DNA of 64,000 bases from Myxococcota bacterium (GTDB lineage: Bacteria; Myxococcota_A; UBA9160; SZUA-336): contig CBDFGR010000003.1 of NCBI GenBank assembly GCA_965247115.1, positions 2,272,001 to 2,336,000 of the forward strand, in the 5' to 3' direction. The notes beneath the pieces were generated by a model that ran no database searches, was not told the origin of the DNA, and worked only from the letters and a program-made list of their open reading frames with translations. Position 1 is the first letter of the stretch. Each line of letters opens with the position of its first letter. A program made the position numbers and the translations under genes. This document shows positions 1 through 9,600 of this stretch, one piece after another.

Positions 1-1340
1 AGCTTGTGCAGGTCGTCTGCGCTCGTGCGGGCGAAGCGCGTGAGACGGAGCAGGTAGCCGGCGTACACAGAGAGCGCCTCTTCTGGCGTCGGAGGCACGC
101 GAAAGGCGTCGTAGCGGACGAGCTGCGCGGAGTACTCGGTCGCGACAGCTCGACGGGCGGCGATTCGATCGTCCTGGCTCTCGAGCTCTCGCAGTGCCAG
201 ACTGGCCAGGCCTTCACCGATGCGCAGCGACGCAGCTCGGGATCGGAAACGATTCGCGAGCTGGCCCGGGAGCGTGACCAGCGCGACCTGATCGCACGAC
301 GTTCGCCCTCCCACGGGCATGCGAAAGACGCACGCGCACGGTGCCCTGCCGAGCCTGGAGTCGCCGAAGCGAGCGCCCAGGGTGTCCCCGCCATCTTCCA
401 TCACCTCGAGACCGCGCTCCTCGGCCAGAGCGTAGAGGCGATCCAGCTCTGCGGGCTGGCCGAGCGGGTGCGAGATCAACAGACCTCGCGTGCGTGGGCC
501 GATTGCCTCCCGCGCGCGCTCGGGATCGAGCGTGAGGCGATCGGGATGCACGTCGACGAGGACCGGCTTCGCGTGCGTTCCCTCCAGGCCACCCGTCGCG
601 GCGTCCGAGAGGAGTCCGGGACAGATCACCTCGTCCCCCTCTTCGAGCTCGAGCGTCTCCGTCAGGAGTCGGAAGGCGTCGGTGGCGGAGCGCAGTGCGA
701 AGACGTGCTCAGCGCCGACGTACTCGGCGACCGCCCGCTCGAGTCGATCCGTCTGCGCCCCAGGCTCGCTAATGCTCACGACGGCGTGAAGCTCGGCCGC
801 GGGATTTCGGCCAGCCTCGAAGGGTACGCTCACGGGAACGAGCGGATTCGAGGGCCGCAGCTGGTCCAGGTACTCCTCGACGCAGCCGACCAGCTCGTCG
901 ATCATGCGCAAGTAGACCTCGCCCACGTCGTCATCGTCGTCGGCGGGCGAGAGCGTGCGCGTAATCACGTCGCGACCGCGCTGTCGCAGAACCAGTCCCG
1001 GACAGCTGTCCGAGCTGAAGAAATCGATCGCCTCGAGCAGGCCGAGCCTGCAGTTGCCGCCGATGGAGAGCGGAATCTCCGTGTTGACGCCGAGAGCGAT
1101 CGCGAGCTCCGGCCGAATTCGGTCCTCGAGCCAGCGCACGATCTCTTCCCCGAGCTTGTGTCCGCTGCGTGCCGGGATCGAGGCCCGGTCGCAAATTTCC
1201 AGGATCTCCGGACAGAAGTCGCGCTCTCCCCCACCTTCCACCCCGATGAACGCGACGACTCGGTCGCCGCGCTCCAGGAGTCGCTCGAGCATGCAGAGCG
1301 CGCGATACGTCCCGCCTATTAGCAGAATTCTCGGTCCCAT
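1..1340 (-). CDS. Formyltransferase-fold / DegT-DnrJ-EryC1-StrS aminotransferase-like fusion, 3'-truncated by the window edge; catalytic motifs degenerate
   Basis: Not in the ORF track. Manual translation from ATG 1340 is open to the window edge: MGPRILLIGGTYRALCMLERLLERGDRVVAF... then GDEVICP...PVLVDVHPDRLTLDPE...ISHPLGQPAELD...VMEDGGDTLGA, a DegT-like pattern. Confidence 0.75.
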   Translation of the reverse strand, partial: MGPRILLIGGTYRALCMLERLLERGDRVVAFIGVEGGGERDFCPEILEICDRASIPARSGHKLGEEIVRWLEDRIRPELAIALGVNTEIPLSIGGNCRLGLLEAIDFFSSDSCPGLVLRQRGRDVITRTLSPADDDDDVGEVYLRMIDELVGCVEEYLDQLRPSNPLVPVSVPFEAGRNPAAELHAVVSISEPGAQTDRLERAVAEYVGAEHVFALRSATDAFRLLTETLELEEGDEVICPGLLSDAATGGLEGTHAKPVLVDVHPDRLTLDPERAREAIGPRTRGLLISHPLGQPAELDRLYALAEERGLEVMEDGGDTLGARFGDSRLGRAPCACVFRMPVGGRTSCDQVALVTLPGQLANRFRSRAASLRIGEGLASLALRELESQDDRIAARRAVATEYSAQLVRYDAFRVPPTPEEALSVYAGYLLRLTRFARTSADDLHK

Positions 1341-1345
1341 GTGAT

Positions 1346-1912
1346 TCACTCGAACTCTCCGCTGCGCTCCTTGCGAAGCGCCTGGGTCTGACTTCTCAGT
1401 GCAAGCTGCACGAGCCGCTCGCGGTCGTCGGGGAGGATCTCCTCGAAGCTGAAGGCAGTGTCGTCGGGTGCGTCCGTGTCTTGGGTCACCACGCGAGCGA
1501 GGGCCCAGATCGGCGGCACCCCTGCGTCACCGAGATCGAGCTGCACCTCCACGAGCGTCTTGTCGGGCAGGTCGATACCGAAGGGTCCGGCAAAGCCTGC
1601 GGCGGAGAGACAGACCTCCACCGGTGCATCGCTCGAGAGCAGCTCACTCTGCATGCCGCCTGCCTGCCGCGCCACGTCGTCGATGCGACGCTCGATGCGG
1701 TCGAGGCTGAGTGCGATGTACTTCAACAAGCCCAGCGCCAGCAGCTGCTCGCTCGGTAGGTTCTGGGCCTCGAGTGCGCCGGGCGCGAACGCTCGGGGGA
1801 TACTGCGCGTTCTCACGCGCGCCCTGGCAGCCGATTCCTCAACGTCGGCCACGACGCGCAGCCCGACGCGCGCATAGCAACGTATGCGGAAGTACTCGCG
1901 TCGGGTGCTCAT
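1346..1912 (-). CDS. PilZ-domain protein
   Basis: RREYFR (RxxxR) and CLSAAG (variant of D/NxSxxG), C-terminal ARVV...AFSF. ATGA overlap with the upstream stop. Confidence 0.75.
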   Translation of the reverse strand: MSTRREYFRIRCYARVGLRVVADVEESAARARVRTRSIPRAFAPGALEAQNLPSEQLLALGLLKYIALSLDRIERRIDDVARQAGGMQSELLSSDAPVEVCLSAAGFAGPFGIDLPDKTLVEVQLDLGDAGVPPIWALARVVTQDTDAPDDTAFSFEEILPDDRERLVQLALRSQTQALRKERSGEFE

Positions 1913-2493
1913 TCCACCGCCCATCGCATCAGCTCCTGAAACTGGCTCAGAGCGCGCGGGAGCACGTAGCCTGTGAGATCGGCGAGTCGGACGGGGTCGC
2001 CGCTCTTGAGCTCATCGAACAGATCCTTGACGCCTTCGAGCAGTGCCGTTTCGGCGTTCATCCAGCGGCTGTCGAACTCGGTCTTCTGATCGGGCTCCAC
2101 CTCGAGGAAGCGCCGAAGACCCTGCAGCAAGCTGACGAGTACCTGGAGCGCCTCGATCACGTCGACCAGTCGCGCGCGACCGTTCTGATCCTTGCCAACG
2201 CGGAAGTCCTCCGAGACCGACTCGAGCACACCTCCGATTCGGGCGATCCAGTCCGACGCCTCGCCAAGACTGTTCCGCGCGATCGTCTGCGGAGTGGCGC
2301 TGCCGACGCTGACGCTCCGGACGCTTCCCACGTCGACAGCCTCGAGCTGGTCTTCGTCAATGGCGCGTCCGTTCACGACGAGCTTCTGGATCAGGTGGCC
2401 GGGCCCGAGAGATCGCTGCAGGAGCTCGCGCAGCTCATTGGTGGACGGCGGGTCGACCAGCTGTCGGTTTCCGTTTATCTCCAGGTCGATCAT
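1909..2493 (-). CDS. Hypothetical protein in the flagellar glycosylation operon
   Basis: 194-aa ORF, translationally coupled on both sides, typical codon usage. Confidence 0.75.
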   Translation of the reverse strand: MIDLEINGNRQLVDPPSTNELRELLQRSLGPGHLIQKLVVNGRAIDEDQLEAVDVGSVRSVSVGSATPQTIARNSLGEASDWIARIGGVLESVSEDFRVGKDQNGRARLVDVIEALQVLVSLLQGLRRFLEVEPDQKTEFDSRWMNAETALLEGVKDLFDELKSGDPVRLADLTGYVLPRALSQFQELMRWAVE

Positions 2494-4130
2494 GGGGCGA
2501 CTCCTTGGTGTGTAGGATCGATGATGTCGCGAACCAGGGCGGCACGGTGCCCCAGCGCTGCGTACTCCTCCGCGCTGCGGAGTGCGAGCGCCGGCAGATC
2601 CGCGTCAGGTAAGCTCTCGAGCGCGGCCTCCAGGGACAGCCCCAGAGGAGCCAGCAAGGGCTCGCTGCGCGCAATTTCAAACGCTTCCCGGTCGCAGCGT
2701 TGCAGCCGTTCTCCCGCACGCTTGGCCCGCACGGGATCGGGTCGATCGCACAGGAGCTCGCGTGCTGTTTGCTCGCCGCTGCAGGCGAGTGTCTCCAAGC
2801 GCAGCAGCCCGTCGACCACGCCCTGGGGCAAGAGGTCCGCCCAGCGCCCTGGCAGGGTGGAGTAGCGCTGCTCGCCCTCGCGCCAGATCTGCTCAGGAAC
2901 GAGGCGACGGCCAGCCAGGCTCTCGAGAAAAACCGCGCGGTAGGCTGCCGCCATGAGCTCGTACGGACGTGGTGGGCGCCGGTGAACCGGGAAGAGATCG
3001 AGCAGGCCGTTCTCGTCAAAGCGCGTGCGGTACAGGTCCGCGCGTGGCAGCTGCGCGATGTCCTCCGGCTGCGCTCCACCCACAATGCGCGACAACAGCT
3101 CCGCGAGCCATTCGCCCGGAATGTCCTCGTGACAGGCCGGATAGCCGCACTTCACAAAGTGGTGGCAGGGTGCGCAGCCGAGCCGGGACATGAGTGCCCA
3201 GTGCCCCTTGGCATAGACGGCCGTCTCCCACGGGTTCCCGAGCCCGACGAAGATCGCGCAGGTCGTTGTTCCGACCGCTCCGGCGAGGTGCATCGTGCCC
3301 GTATCGCCGGTGAGCAGCACGTCGCAGCGCTCGATCACCGCGGCCAGCTCCGGGACGCTGGTCTCCCCGATGAGCTGGACGAAGGGGACCGACGGGCAGG
3401 CGCTGCAGAGCTCGCGAGCCAGCGCCCTCTCCGCGGGCACGCCGACGAGCACCACCTGCACGCCGGGGAGCAGGCGACCCAGCTCGTTCAGTGTCCTGGC
3501 GTAGCTCCGCACCGACCAGGCCTTGGTATCGCTGCTCGCGCCCAGCTGCACCGCGACGAGAGGCACGTCCTGGCGGAGCCGCTCCTTCGCGAAGTGGCGC
3601 GCGTCGGGTGGGATGATCACGCGCAGCGGCTCACCGCAGCCGAGCAGGCCTGCCGCGCCCAGGTAGACGTCGACCAGGTTGTAGCGCGTCACGCGACGGG
3701 CGCGCACGAGCGAGCTCATGTGTTGAAGCCACGCGTTCTCGACGCGCCGGAAGCCCTGGCGGTCGAGGTCGAAGCCGATGGTCTGCTCCGCGTTGAGCAG
3801 GGAGAGCAGCACCCCCGAGGTCCGAGAATGCGTGAAGTTCAGGACCATGTCGAAGCGCACGCGCGCCAGCTCGTCGGCGATGTCGCGTACCTCTCGAAAG
3901 GCGTCGAGGAAGCTCGCGTCCCGATCCATCATGAGACGGGCGAGCGCGTCGCCGTCGATGTCGTGAATGGCGTCCACGCCGGGCAGCAGCTCTGCCACCT
4001 CGCGGAACCGGGTCTTGACGATCAGGTGAAGTTCAGCCTCGGGGTGCCGCTTGCGAAGGCCCGAGAGCACGGGCGTGGTCTGGATGAGATCTCCAAAGCG
4101 GGTCAGGTTGAGAATGGCGATGCGTTTCAC
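2490..4130 (-). CDS. Glycosyltransferase family 9 (heptosyltransferase-like) with C-terminal extension
   Basis: TRFGDLIQTTP, QLGASSDTKAW and LLTGDTGTMHLA are GT9 motifs. Confidence 0.85.
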   Translation of the reverse strand: MKRIAILNLTRFGDLIQTTPVLSGLRKRHPEAELHLIVKTRFREVAELLPGVDAIHDIDGDALARLMMDRDASFLDAFREVRDIADELARVRFDMVLNFTHSRTSGVLLSLLNAEQTIGFDLDRQGFRRVENAWLQHMSSLVRARRVTRYNLVDVYLGAAGLLGCGEPLRVIIPPDARHFAKERLRQDVPLVAVQLGASSDTKAWSVRSYARTLNELGRLLPGVQVVLVGVPAERALARELCSACPSVPFVQLIGETSVPELAAVIERCDVLLTGDTGTMHLAGAVGTTTCAIFVGLGNPWETAVYAKGHWALMSRLGCAPCHHFVKCGYPACHEDIPGEWLAELLSRIVGGAQPEDIAQLPRADLYRTRFDENGLLDLFPVHRRPPRPYELMAAAYRAVFLESLAGRRLVPEQIWREGEQRYSTLPGRWADLLPQGVVDGLLRLETLACSGEQTARELLCDRPDPVRAKRAGERLQRCDREAFEIARSEPLLAPLGLSLEAALESLPDADLPALALRSAEEYAALGHRAALVRDIIDPTHQGVAP

Positions 4131-5956
4131 GCCGGCTCCCCGGCTTCGTTCAGCACCGCGATCTCACCGCGTGCCTCGCGAAGGAAGAGCAGCAGCTTCT
4201 CGTCGTGCGTGAGCGGTCCTTCACCCGACCCAACCGCGCGTGAGATCGCATCGGAGTCGAGCACGTCCTCGGGGTTGACGCGCGCCAGGACGCTCCGGAG
4301 CCCAGGCTCGTCTGTCGCCGCCTCCAGCACGGAGCCCACCGTGGGAAGAATGCTGCGCCGCGGCATGAGTGGGACGGGACCTGCAGAGAGCGTCTCGATC
4401 GCCGACTCCATGCGGTGTCGGTAGGTATGCTCCGCCAGCGCGCGGCGTTGGGATGCCGCGGCGATCTCGGCGCGCTCGTCCGGATGGTCCAGGTAGTAAC
4501 GGAGCTTCTGTCGACACTCGTCGATGTCGGCAAAGGTCTCGAGCTCGACAGCGGGCTCGAAAAAGCGCGACAGCTCGCTCCGCTCGTCTACGAGCTGGAA
4601 GCAGCGCGCCCCCGCGAGCTCGAACGTGCGCGGATTCAGGAAGTCGCCAACGGGATTCACCCCATCACACCAGGGCGAGGAGTGGAGGTTCAGGTTGACG
4701 CGGCTCGAGTTGAAGATCCGGTTCGAATCCTCACTCGACAGCCTCACGTTGGGTTCCGGCATCGCGTCCAGAAAGGCAGCGGAGAGCGGCCAATCGGTGC
4801 CGTAGATGCGCAGCCCGAGCGAGAACAGTGCTGGTAAGAAGTGCCGGCGGTTGTGGTATCCGGCACCTACGAAAGATGTGTCGCACCCGTAGCGAGTCTG
4901 CTCTTCCGAGGAGAGCGCGATTGGTCGGTGCAACGACGGGTCGAAGCCCATCGGGAGCTCGGCGGCGTAGGCGCCCGCCTGCCGCAGCGGTTCGGCGAGA
5001 GCGTCGGGCTGCAGATGGAAGATGGTGTCGTACAGATCCGTCAGGTCGGACCAGTACGACATGACGTGAGCGTCCTCACAAAACCATAACGCGCGGGTCA
5101 CGCCGAGCTGCCCGAGACTCCGCAAGGCCTCGGGATCGAGCGGCGCTCCGGCGACGGCAAAGACCAGGTCGGGGGGATTGAGCCGAAAGCTCCCGAGCAG
5201 CATCTCGCCGATGACGCGAACCAACCCAGCCCTGAGCGACTCGGAGAGCGGCACGAGGCGCTGGTCGGTCGAGATGCGCAGGACTTCCTGGTACGCCGGC
5301 CAGAACGCGGCGAGGTCGAGCATACGAACGTGGTGTCCGAGCTCGAGGAGCGCGCGTCCGCAGGCGGCGGCCACGGGCACGGCCCCCCCGTACAGGGGAG
5401 AGATCACGGCGATGTCCAGGGAGCAAGGGGCGCCTCCAGGGCGGAAGCGCTGGGCCAGCAGGTCGTGGAACGCTGGGAAGCGTCGGCGGCTGGAAGGATG
5501 GGCGAGTAGCAGGCCCCGTTCGGAGCTCGCGAAGATCGGATGCTGCAGGATGTGACCGGCGTCCTCCCCCGCGACGAGCTGGATCCGTTCGAGGGCCTGC
5601 GAAAGGTCGATGCGAGCTAGCACCGCGCGGAGCAGACGTTCCGATGGCTCGGCCACGAGGATCGGTCCGTCGAAGTCTCCGAGAAAGCGCAGCGTGTGGA
5701 CACCCATGCCGAAGAGCACCAGCCGGGTCGCTCCAGCCTCTCGTGCGCGTTCGACGAAGTACGCGGCCAGCTGCCGCGCCTCCGCCTCGGGATCCTCCGC
5801 ACTCGCCTCTTCCGATCCGTCGAGGCGAATGGAGACGGCACCGCTCCGGGCCGCAAAGATCTCGACGTTGCGGTCGGGCTCGGCATCTGTCATGCGTTCC
5901 GCCAGCTCTGGCTGGGTGCGGCGAAGCGCCTCGAGGTTTGCTGCTAGGGGCTGCAT
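4127..5956 (-). CDS. CgeB-family glycosyltransferase, probably for flagellin modification
   Basis: SFVGAGYHNR, NLNLHSS, NPRTFELAG, AEHTYRHRM; adjacent to the flagellin cluster. Confidence 0.8.
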   Translation of the reverse strand: MQPLAANLEALRRTQPELAERMTDAEPDRNVEIFAARSGAVSIRLDGSEEASAEDPEAEARQLAAYFVERAREAGATRLVLFGMGVHTLRFLGDFDGPILVAEPSERLLRAVLARIDLSQALERIQLVAGEDAGHILQHPIFASSERGLLLAHPSSRRRFPAFHDLLAQRFRPGGAPCSLDIAVISPLYGGAVPVAAACGRALLELGHHVRMLDLAAFWPAYQEVLRISTDQRLVPLSESLRAGLVRVIGEMLLGSFRLNPPDLVFAVAGAPLDPEALRSLGQLGVTRALWFCEDAHVMSYWSDLTDLYDTIFHLQPDALAEPLRQAGAYAAELPMGFDPSLHRPIALSSEEQTRYGCDTSFVGAGYHNRRHFLPALFSLGLRIYGTDWPLSAAFLDAMPEPNVRLSSEDSNRIFNSSRVNLNLHSSPWCDGVNPVGDFLNPRTFELAGARCFQLVDERSELSRFFEPAVELETFADIDECRQKLRYYLDHPDERAEIAAASQRRALAEHTYRHRMESAIETLSAGPVPLMPRRSILPTVGSVLEAATDEPGLRSVLARVNPEDVLDSDAISRAVGSGEGPLTHDEKLLLFLREARGEIAVLNEAGEPA

Positions 5957-5985
5957 CGCCCTCCAACGGGGGCGAGGAGGACGGG

Positions 5986-6002
5986 AGCAAAGCGCGTGCC
6001 GA
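5986..6002 (-). promoter_or_regulatory. Sigma54 (-24/-12) promoter of the glycosylation operon
   Basis: Minus strand TCGGCACGCGCTTTGCT has GG-N10-GC spacing, about 30 bp upstream of ATG 5956. Confidence 0.7.
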
Positions 6003-6120
6003 CGAGAGGCAGCATCGCTGACACCTCGAGCCGCGTCCCGACGCCCGCGCTGGGCAAGACTTGCCGAGAGCTAGAGTCCTCGCGGCAATCTCCGCCTGCC
6101 CTTATGGGACCTGGCCGCGT

Positions 6121-6211
6121 CTTGCGGGACCCGGCGCGCGAGCGGTCGCGCGCCACCCGCCTCCGCTCAGGCCTACGGCCTTCGCTGCGCGCGCCGCTTT
6201 GCGGCGCTTGC
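6121..6211 (+). repeat. Family-A ~90-nt palindromic repeat, copy 1
   Basis: CTTGCGGGACCCGGCGCGCGAGCGGTCGCGCGCC...TTCGCTGCGCGCGCCGCTTTGCGGCGCTTGC; near-identical to the reverse complement of 46231-46321. Confidence 0.9.
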
Positions 6212-6272
6212 AGGGAGGTGTGACGGAGATTCCGTGGCGAACCGGCAACCTCCTACGAGGCTCGGCAGCCCT

Positions 6273-6361
6273 GCAAGCGCCGCGCTAGCGGCGCGCGCAG
6301 CGAAGGGCAAAGCCCTGAGCGGAGGTGGGTGGGCCGCGGACGCCCGCGGCCGGGTCCCACA
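6273..6361 (-). repeat. Family-A repeat, copy 2 (inverted partner of copy 1)
   Basis: GCAAGCGCCGC...GCGCGCAGCGAAGGGCAAAGCCCTGAGC...CCGGGTCCCACA on the + strand. Confidence 0.9.
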
Positions 6362-6364
6362 GAA

Positions 6365-6697
6365 CTAGACGGACTTGGAGATGAAGGCGGGGCGATTTGG
6401 TCGGGCTGGTTTGTAGCCGAGGTTTGCCGCGCGTGCGCGGCGCAGCTCGTTGATGGCGTTCTGGGTATCGTCGCGCAGCTTCTGATTGATCTCGGCCAGG
6501 CTCTGCTCCGCTCCCGCGAGCTGGTCCGCGAGCTCCGTGGACAGCGGGCGACTCGGCGGATCCGCCTCGAGCGAGCGCTGCAGGTCGGCGCGGACGGCGT
6601 TCGCCCGCTCGAGAGCCTCGAGACGCTCCGCCGGTACCGTGCGGACTGCCGTCTCTGTTGCCTCGAGCCAGGCCGCGAAGCGCGGATCGTCACTCAT
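6365..6697 (-). CDS. Small helical protein downstream of fliS (FliT-like position)
   Basis: 110 aa, coiled-coil character, overlaps the fliS stop. Confidence 0.65.
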   Translation of the reverse strand: MSDDPRFAAWLEATETAVRTVPAERLEALERANAVRADLQRSLEADPPSRPLSTELADQLAGAEQSLAEINQKLRDDTQNAINELRRARAANLGYKPARPNRPAFISKSV

Positions 6698-7088
6698 GCT
6701 CGTCGCTCGATCCGTGCTTGGTGTCGACCAGCTCTCGCCAGGCGGAGGCGAGCGTCTCCATGACCGGGATCACGCCATCGAGGGATTCGCGGTCGGCGTC
6801 CACGTTGGCCCGGATCAGACCCTCGAGGACGAAGTTGTAGAGCGTTGCCAGGTTCGCTGCGATCAGCGCGCCACGCTCGTGGTCCAGGGCCGAGAGCAGC
6901 TCGGCGACGATGGCGTGGGCACGGCCGAGAGCCTGACCCCGCGTAGCGGGCTCCTCGAAGCTCTCCTGTGCCTGACGGCTGAAGCGAACGGCTCCCTCGG
7001 AGAGGAGCAAGACGATACGCACCGGGTTGGCAGAGCCCACCTGGCCTTGCTGGTATGCCGAGTGGGCGTGATGTGTGCTGATCTGCAT
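6690..7088 (-). CDS. fliS: Flagellin chaperone FliS
   Basis: AYQQGQVGSANPVRIVLLL...ELLSALDHERG..IAANLATLYNF...LASAWRE. Confidence 0.9.
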   Translation of the reverse strand: MQISTHHAHSAYQQGQVGSANPVRIVLLLSEGAVRFSRQAQESFEEPATRGQALGRAHAIVAELLSALDHERGALIAANLATLYNFVLEGLIRANVDADRESLDGVIPVMETLASAWRELVDTKHGSSDEHE

Positions 7089-7119
7089 GCTCCGACCTTC
7101 TATCGGGTTGCCGCGGTAC

Positions 7120-8514
7120 TTAGCGGAGTGATTGCAGCAGGAATTGAGACAGGAAGTTCGCCTGCTGCTGAATCCCCGCGATCGTTCTCTCCAACGCTGC
7201 AAACTCGAGGACCAGGTTCTCCTCGATCGTCTCGAGGCGGTCCTCGGCGTCCCTGATGCTCTCCACCAGATCCTGAATGGAGCTGCTCGCCCCATTGATC
7301 CGGGTGACGAGTGCGCCATCGATGGTATCGGTGTGGTTGTCTGCGACATCGCGCAGCTGATCTGCAAAGGAGCCGACGCCTGCGAAGAAGCTCGCCACGC
7401 CCTCGAAGTCGGATGCGAGCGCTGCAGCTAGCTCGTCCTCGTCCAGCTGCATCGTTCCGTCGCGGTCCAGCTCGAGGCCGATCTGGATGGCTGAGGTGAT
7501 GCTGCCGCTGCCGATCTGGCTGGCGACGACTCTTGCGAGCTGCTGCTGCAGGCCGATCAGGGTGCTGTCGCCGATCAGAGGCCCACCACGGTTCGTCGAG
7601 GGGTCTATTTTCGCCTGCTCCGCGATGATCTCGATCACGTCGTTGAAGACGGATACCAGGTCGGAGATCGCGCCCGCCACCTCGTCGGGATCCGGCTCCA
7701 CCTCGATCGTGACGCGATCGGTGCTCACCTTCTCGACCTGCAGAGTGAGCCCGCGGATGAACTCGCTGAACGTGTTCGTCGAGTTGTTGATCGTGAGCGC
7801 ATCCGGAGAGTCGGGGTCAAGCACGATGATGGCGTCCCCCGCGGCTTGCGTCTCGTTGAACACGAGCGGCGACTCCCCGCCTACCAGCGTGTCCGTGATC
7901 GTGATCGTGTTGGCGGCGCCTGTGTCGTTTCCGACCAGGATGATCTTGAAGGGGTTGCTCGCGCCGCCGTCGTCCACGACGAACGCCGTGACACCCGCAT
8001 CGGCACTGTTCACTGCTGCGACGAAGCCCTCGACACTCTCGTTGGAAGAGTCGATTGTGATGTCCGTCGTCGGATCCGTTCCGATTTGAATCGAGAACGT
8101 GCCCGTGCCGACGCTCGCGGTCGTTGCGGAGTAGCCGTTCGAGATGTTCCGTTCCTGGGTGGCCAGCTGGGTGACCTCGATCACGAGTGAGCCGGGCGTC
8201 GCTGTCGACGCAGATGTCGCCGTCGCGATCGTCGAGTTGCTCGAGGTCGCCGCGTAGCGGCGGAACTCTTCCTCGGCGGCCTGGTCCGTGCCGAGCAGGT
8301 TCATGTTGTCGAGCTTGCGGAGCGCATCTCGCAGGGCAAGCGTCCGCGTGTTCAGATCCTGGAAGATGGCGAGCTTCTCCTCGAAGCTCGCCTTGCGTTC
8401 TTCGAGTGCGTCGATGGGCCGCTGCTCGAGCTCCAGGAGCTGCTCGATGATCTGGTCCGTGGGAAAGCCCGAGGAGATGCCAGAGAAAGTAATGCCGCCG
8501 ATGCGGAGCCCCAT
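7120..8514 (-). CDS. fliD: Flagellar filament cap FliD
   Basis: FSGISSGFPTDQIIEQLL N-terminus, GPLIGDSTL, C-terminal FAALERTI; AGGAG RBS before ATG 8514. Confidence 0.93.
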   Translation of the reverse strand: MGLRIGGITFSGISSGFPTDQIIEQLLELEQRPIDALEERKASFEEKLAIFQDLNTRTLALRDALRKLDNMNLLGTDQAAEEEFRRYAATSSNSTIATATSASTATPGSLVIEVTQLATQERNISNGYSATTASVGTGTFSIQIGTDPTTDITIDSSNESVEGFVAAVNSADAGVTAFVVDDGGASNPFKIILVGNDTGAANTITITDTLVGGESPLVFNETQAAGDAIIVLDPDSPDALTINNSTNTFSEFIRGLTLQVEKVSTDRVTIEVEPDPDEVAGAISDLVSVFNDVIEIIAEQAKIDPSTNRGGPLIGDSTLIGLQQQLARVVASQIGSGSITSAIQIGLELDRDGTMQLDEDELAAALASDFEGVASFFAGVGSFADQLRDVADNHTDTIDGALVTRINGASSSIQDLVESIRDAEDRLETIEENLVLEFAALERTIAGIQQQANFLSQFLLQSLR

Positions 8515-8627
8515 GACCTCTCCTTTCGAGCGCAACCTCTACGAGGTTTAGCTCCCGAGGTTTGGAAACCCCTCCGGGTCGTCCGCCGGAGTCGCGGATC
8601 TCTGTTCTGTCCCCCCTACGCCGAGAA

Positions 8628-9482
8628 CTAGGTCAGAAGCGCCAGGGCGGCCTGCGACGACACGTTGGCCTGCGCGAGTACCGCGATACCGGCCTGCTGC
8701 AACACCTGGGCGCGTGTCAACGCCTCGGTCTCTGCTGCTACGTCCACGTCACGGATGCGCGAGTTCGCGGCCGAGAGGTTCTCGGTCGAGGACTGAAGCG
8801 CGTTGATGGTGGACTGCAAGCGGTTCTGCGCTGCACCGAGGTCACCTCGCAGCGTTGCTACGGTGGTGATGGCCGAGTCGATCGTCCCGAGTGACGCCTG
8901 CGCGGACGCTGCGGTGGAGATCGCGATTCCGCCAGCTCCCGCCTCGACGTTGAGGGCGCTCGCCGTCGCATCGCCGATGGACAGCGAGATCCGGTCGACG
9001 GCCGAGTCGTTGAAGATCCCGACCTGGAAGTTCACGGCGTTGGCGGTGCCGGAGAGGGTGCCGTCGAGCAGGGTCCGACCACCGAACTTGGTGGAGCTCG
9101 CGATTCGCGTGATCTCGGACTGGAGTGAGCTGAACTCGTTCTGCAGGAACGAGCGCTCCGTGTTGGAGATCGAGCCGGACGAAGAAGACTGGACGCCCAG
9201 CTCGCGCATGCGAATCAGGATGCTCGAGATCTCGTTCAGCGCGCCTTCCGCCGTCTGGATGATGGAGATGCCGTCGTTCGCGTTCCGCTCAGCCTGCCGG
9301 AGGCCGCGGATCTGAGCGCGAAGTGACTCGGAGATGGCGAGCCCAGCGGCATCGTTGGAGGCGCGCGTGATGCGCAGACCCGACGACAACCTGTCCAGAG
9401 ACCGTTCCAACGCGAGTTGGCTCCGGCCCAGGTTTTTCTGGGCGGTGAGGGATGCCAGGTTGGTGTTGATCCGAAGACCCAT
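8628..9482 (-). CDS. fliC: Flagellin (short, 284 aa)
   Basis: MGLRINTN...[27 protein letters not shown]...[19 protein letters not shown]. Confidence 0.97.
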   Translation of the reverse strand: MGLRINTNLASLTAQKNLGRSQLALERSLDRLSSGLRITRASNDAAGLAISESLRAQIRGLRQAERNANDGISIIQTAEGALNEISSILIRMRELGVQSSSSGSISNTERSFLQNEFSSLQSEITRIASSTKFGGRTLLDGTLSGTANAVNFQVGIFNDSAVDRISLSIGDATASALNVEAGAGGIAISTAASAQASLGTIDSAITTVATLRGDLGAAQNRLQSTINALQSSTENLSAANSRIRDVDVAAETEALTRAQVLQQAGIAVLAQANVSSQAALALLT

Positions 9483-9572
9483 CGGATTCCTCCATGAATG
9501 CGGCCTGGCGGCGCTTCCTTGCCCCCGCCATTCAGCCTGTCTGTCCGCAACCGGGCTACGGTCGCAGGTGGT

Positions 9573-9600
9573 TATTCGGAGGCGGCTAGAGCGATCTTTA
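9573..9600 (-). promoter_or_regulatory. Sigma28 (FliA)-like promoter of fliC
   Basis: TAAA-N16-TCCGAATA on the minus strand. Confidence 0.7.

Noticed and set aside
250..259. A third TCGCGAATCG (minus strand) as a possible frameshift
   Set aside because: The frame continues with DegT-like sequence (LANRFR...RIAARRAVATEY), so no correction is needed.
6..1322. 438-aa plus-strand ORF, and other long ORFs at 2700-4424, 30163-32190, 34572-36170, 39386-41152 and 44159-45865
   Set aside because: Antisense shadows of well-supported genes; expected in high-GC DNA and without motifs.
8523..8550. Possible sigma28 promoter of fliD (TAAA-N16-CTCGAAAG)
   Set aside because: Poor -10 match, and it overlaps the RBS.
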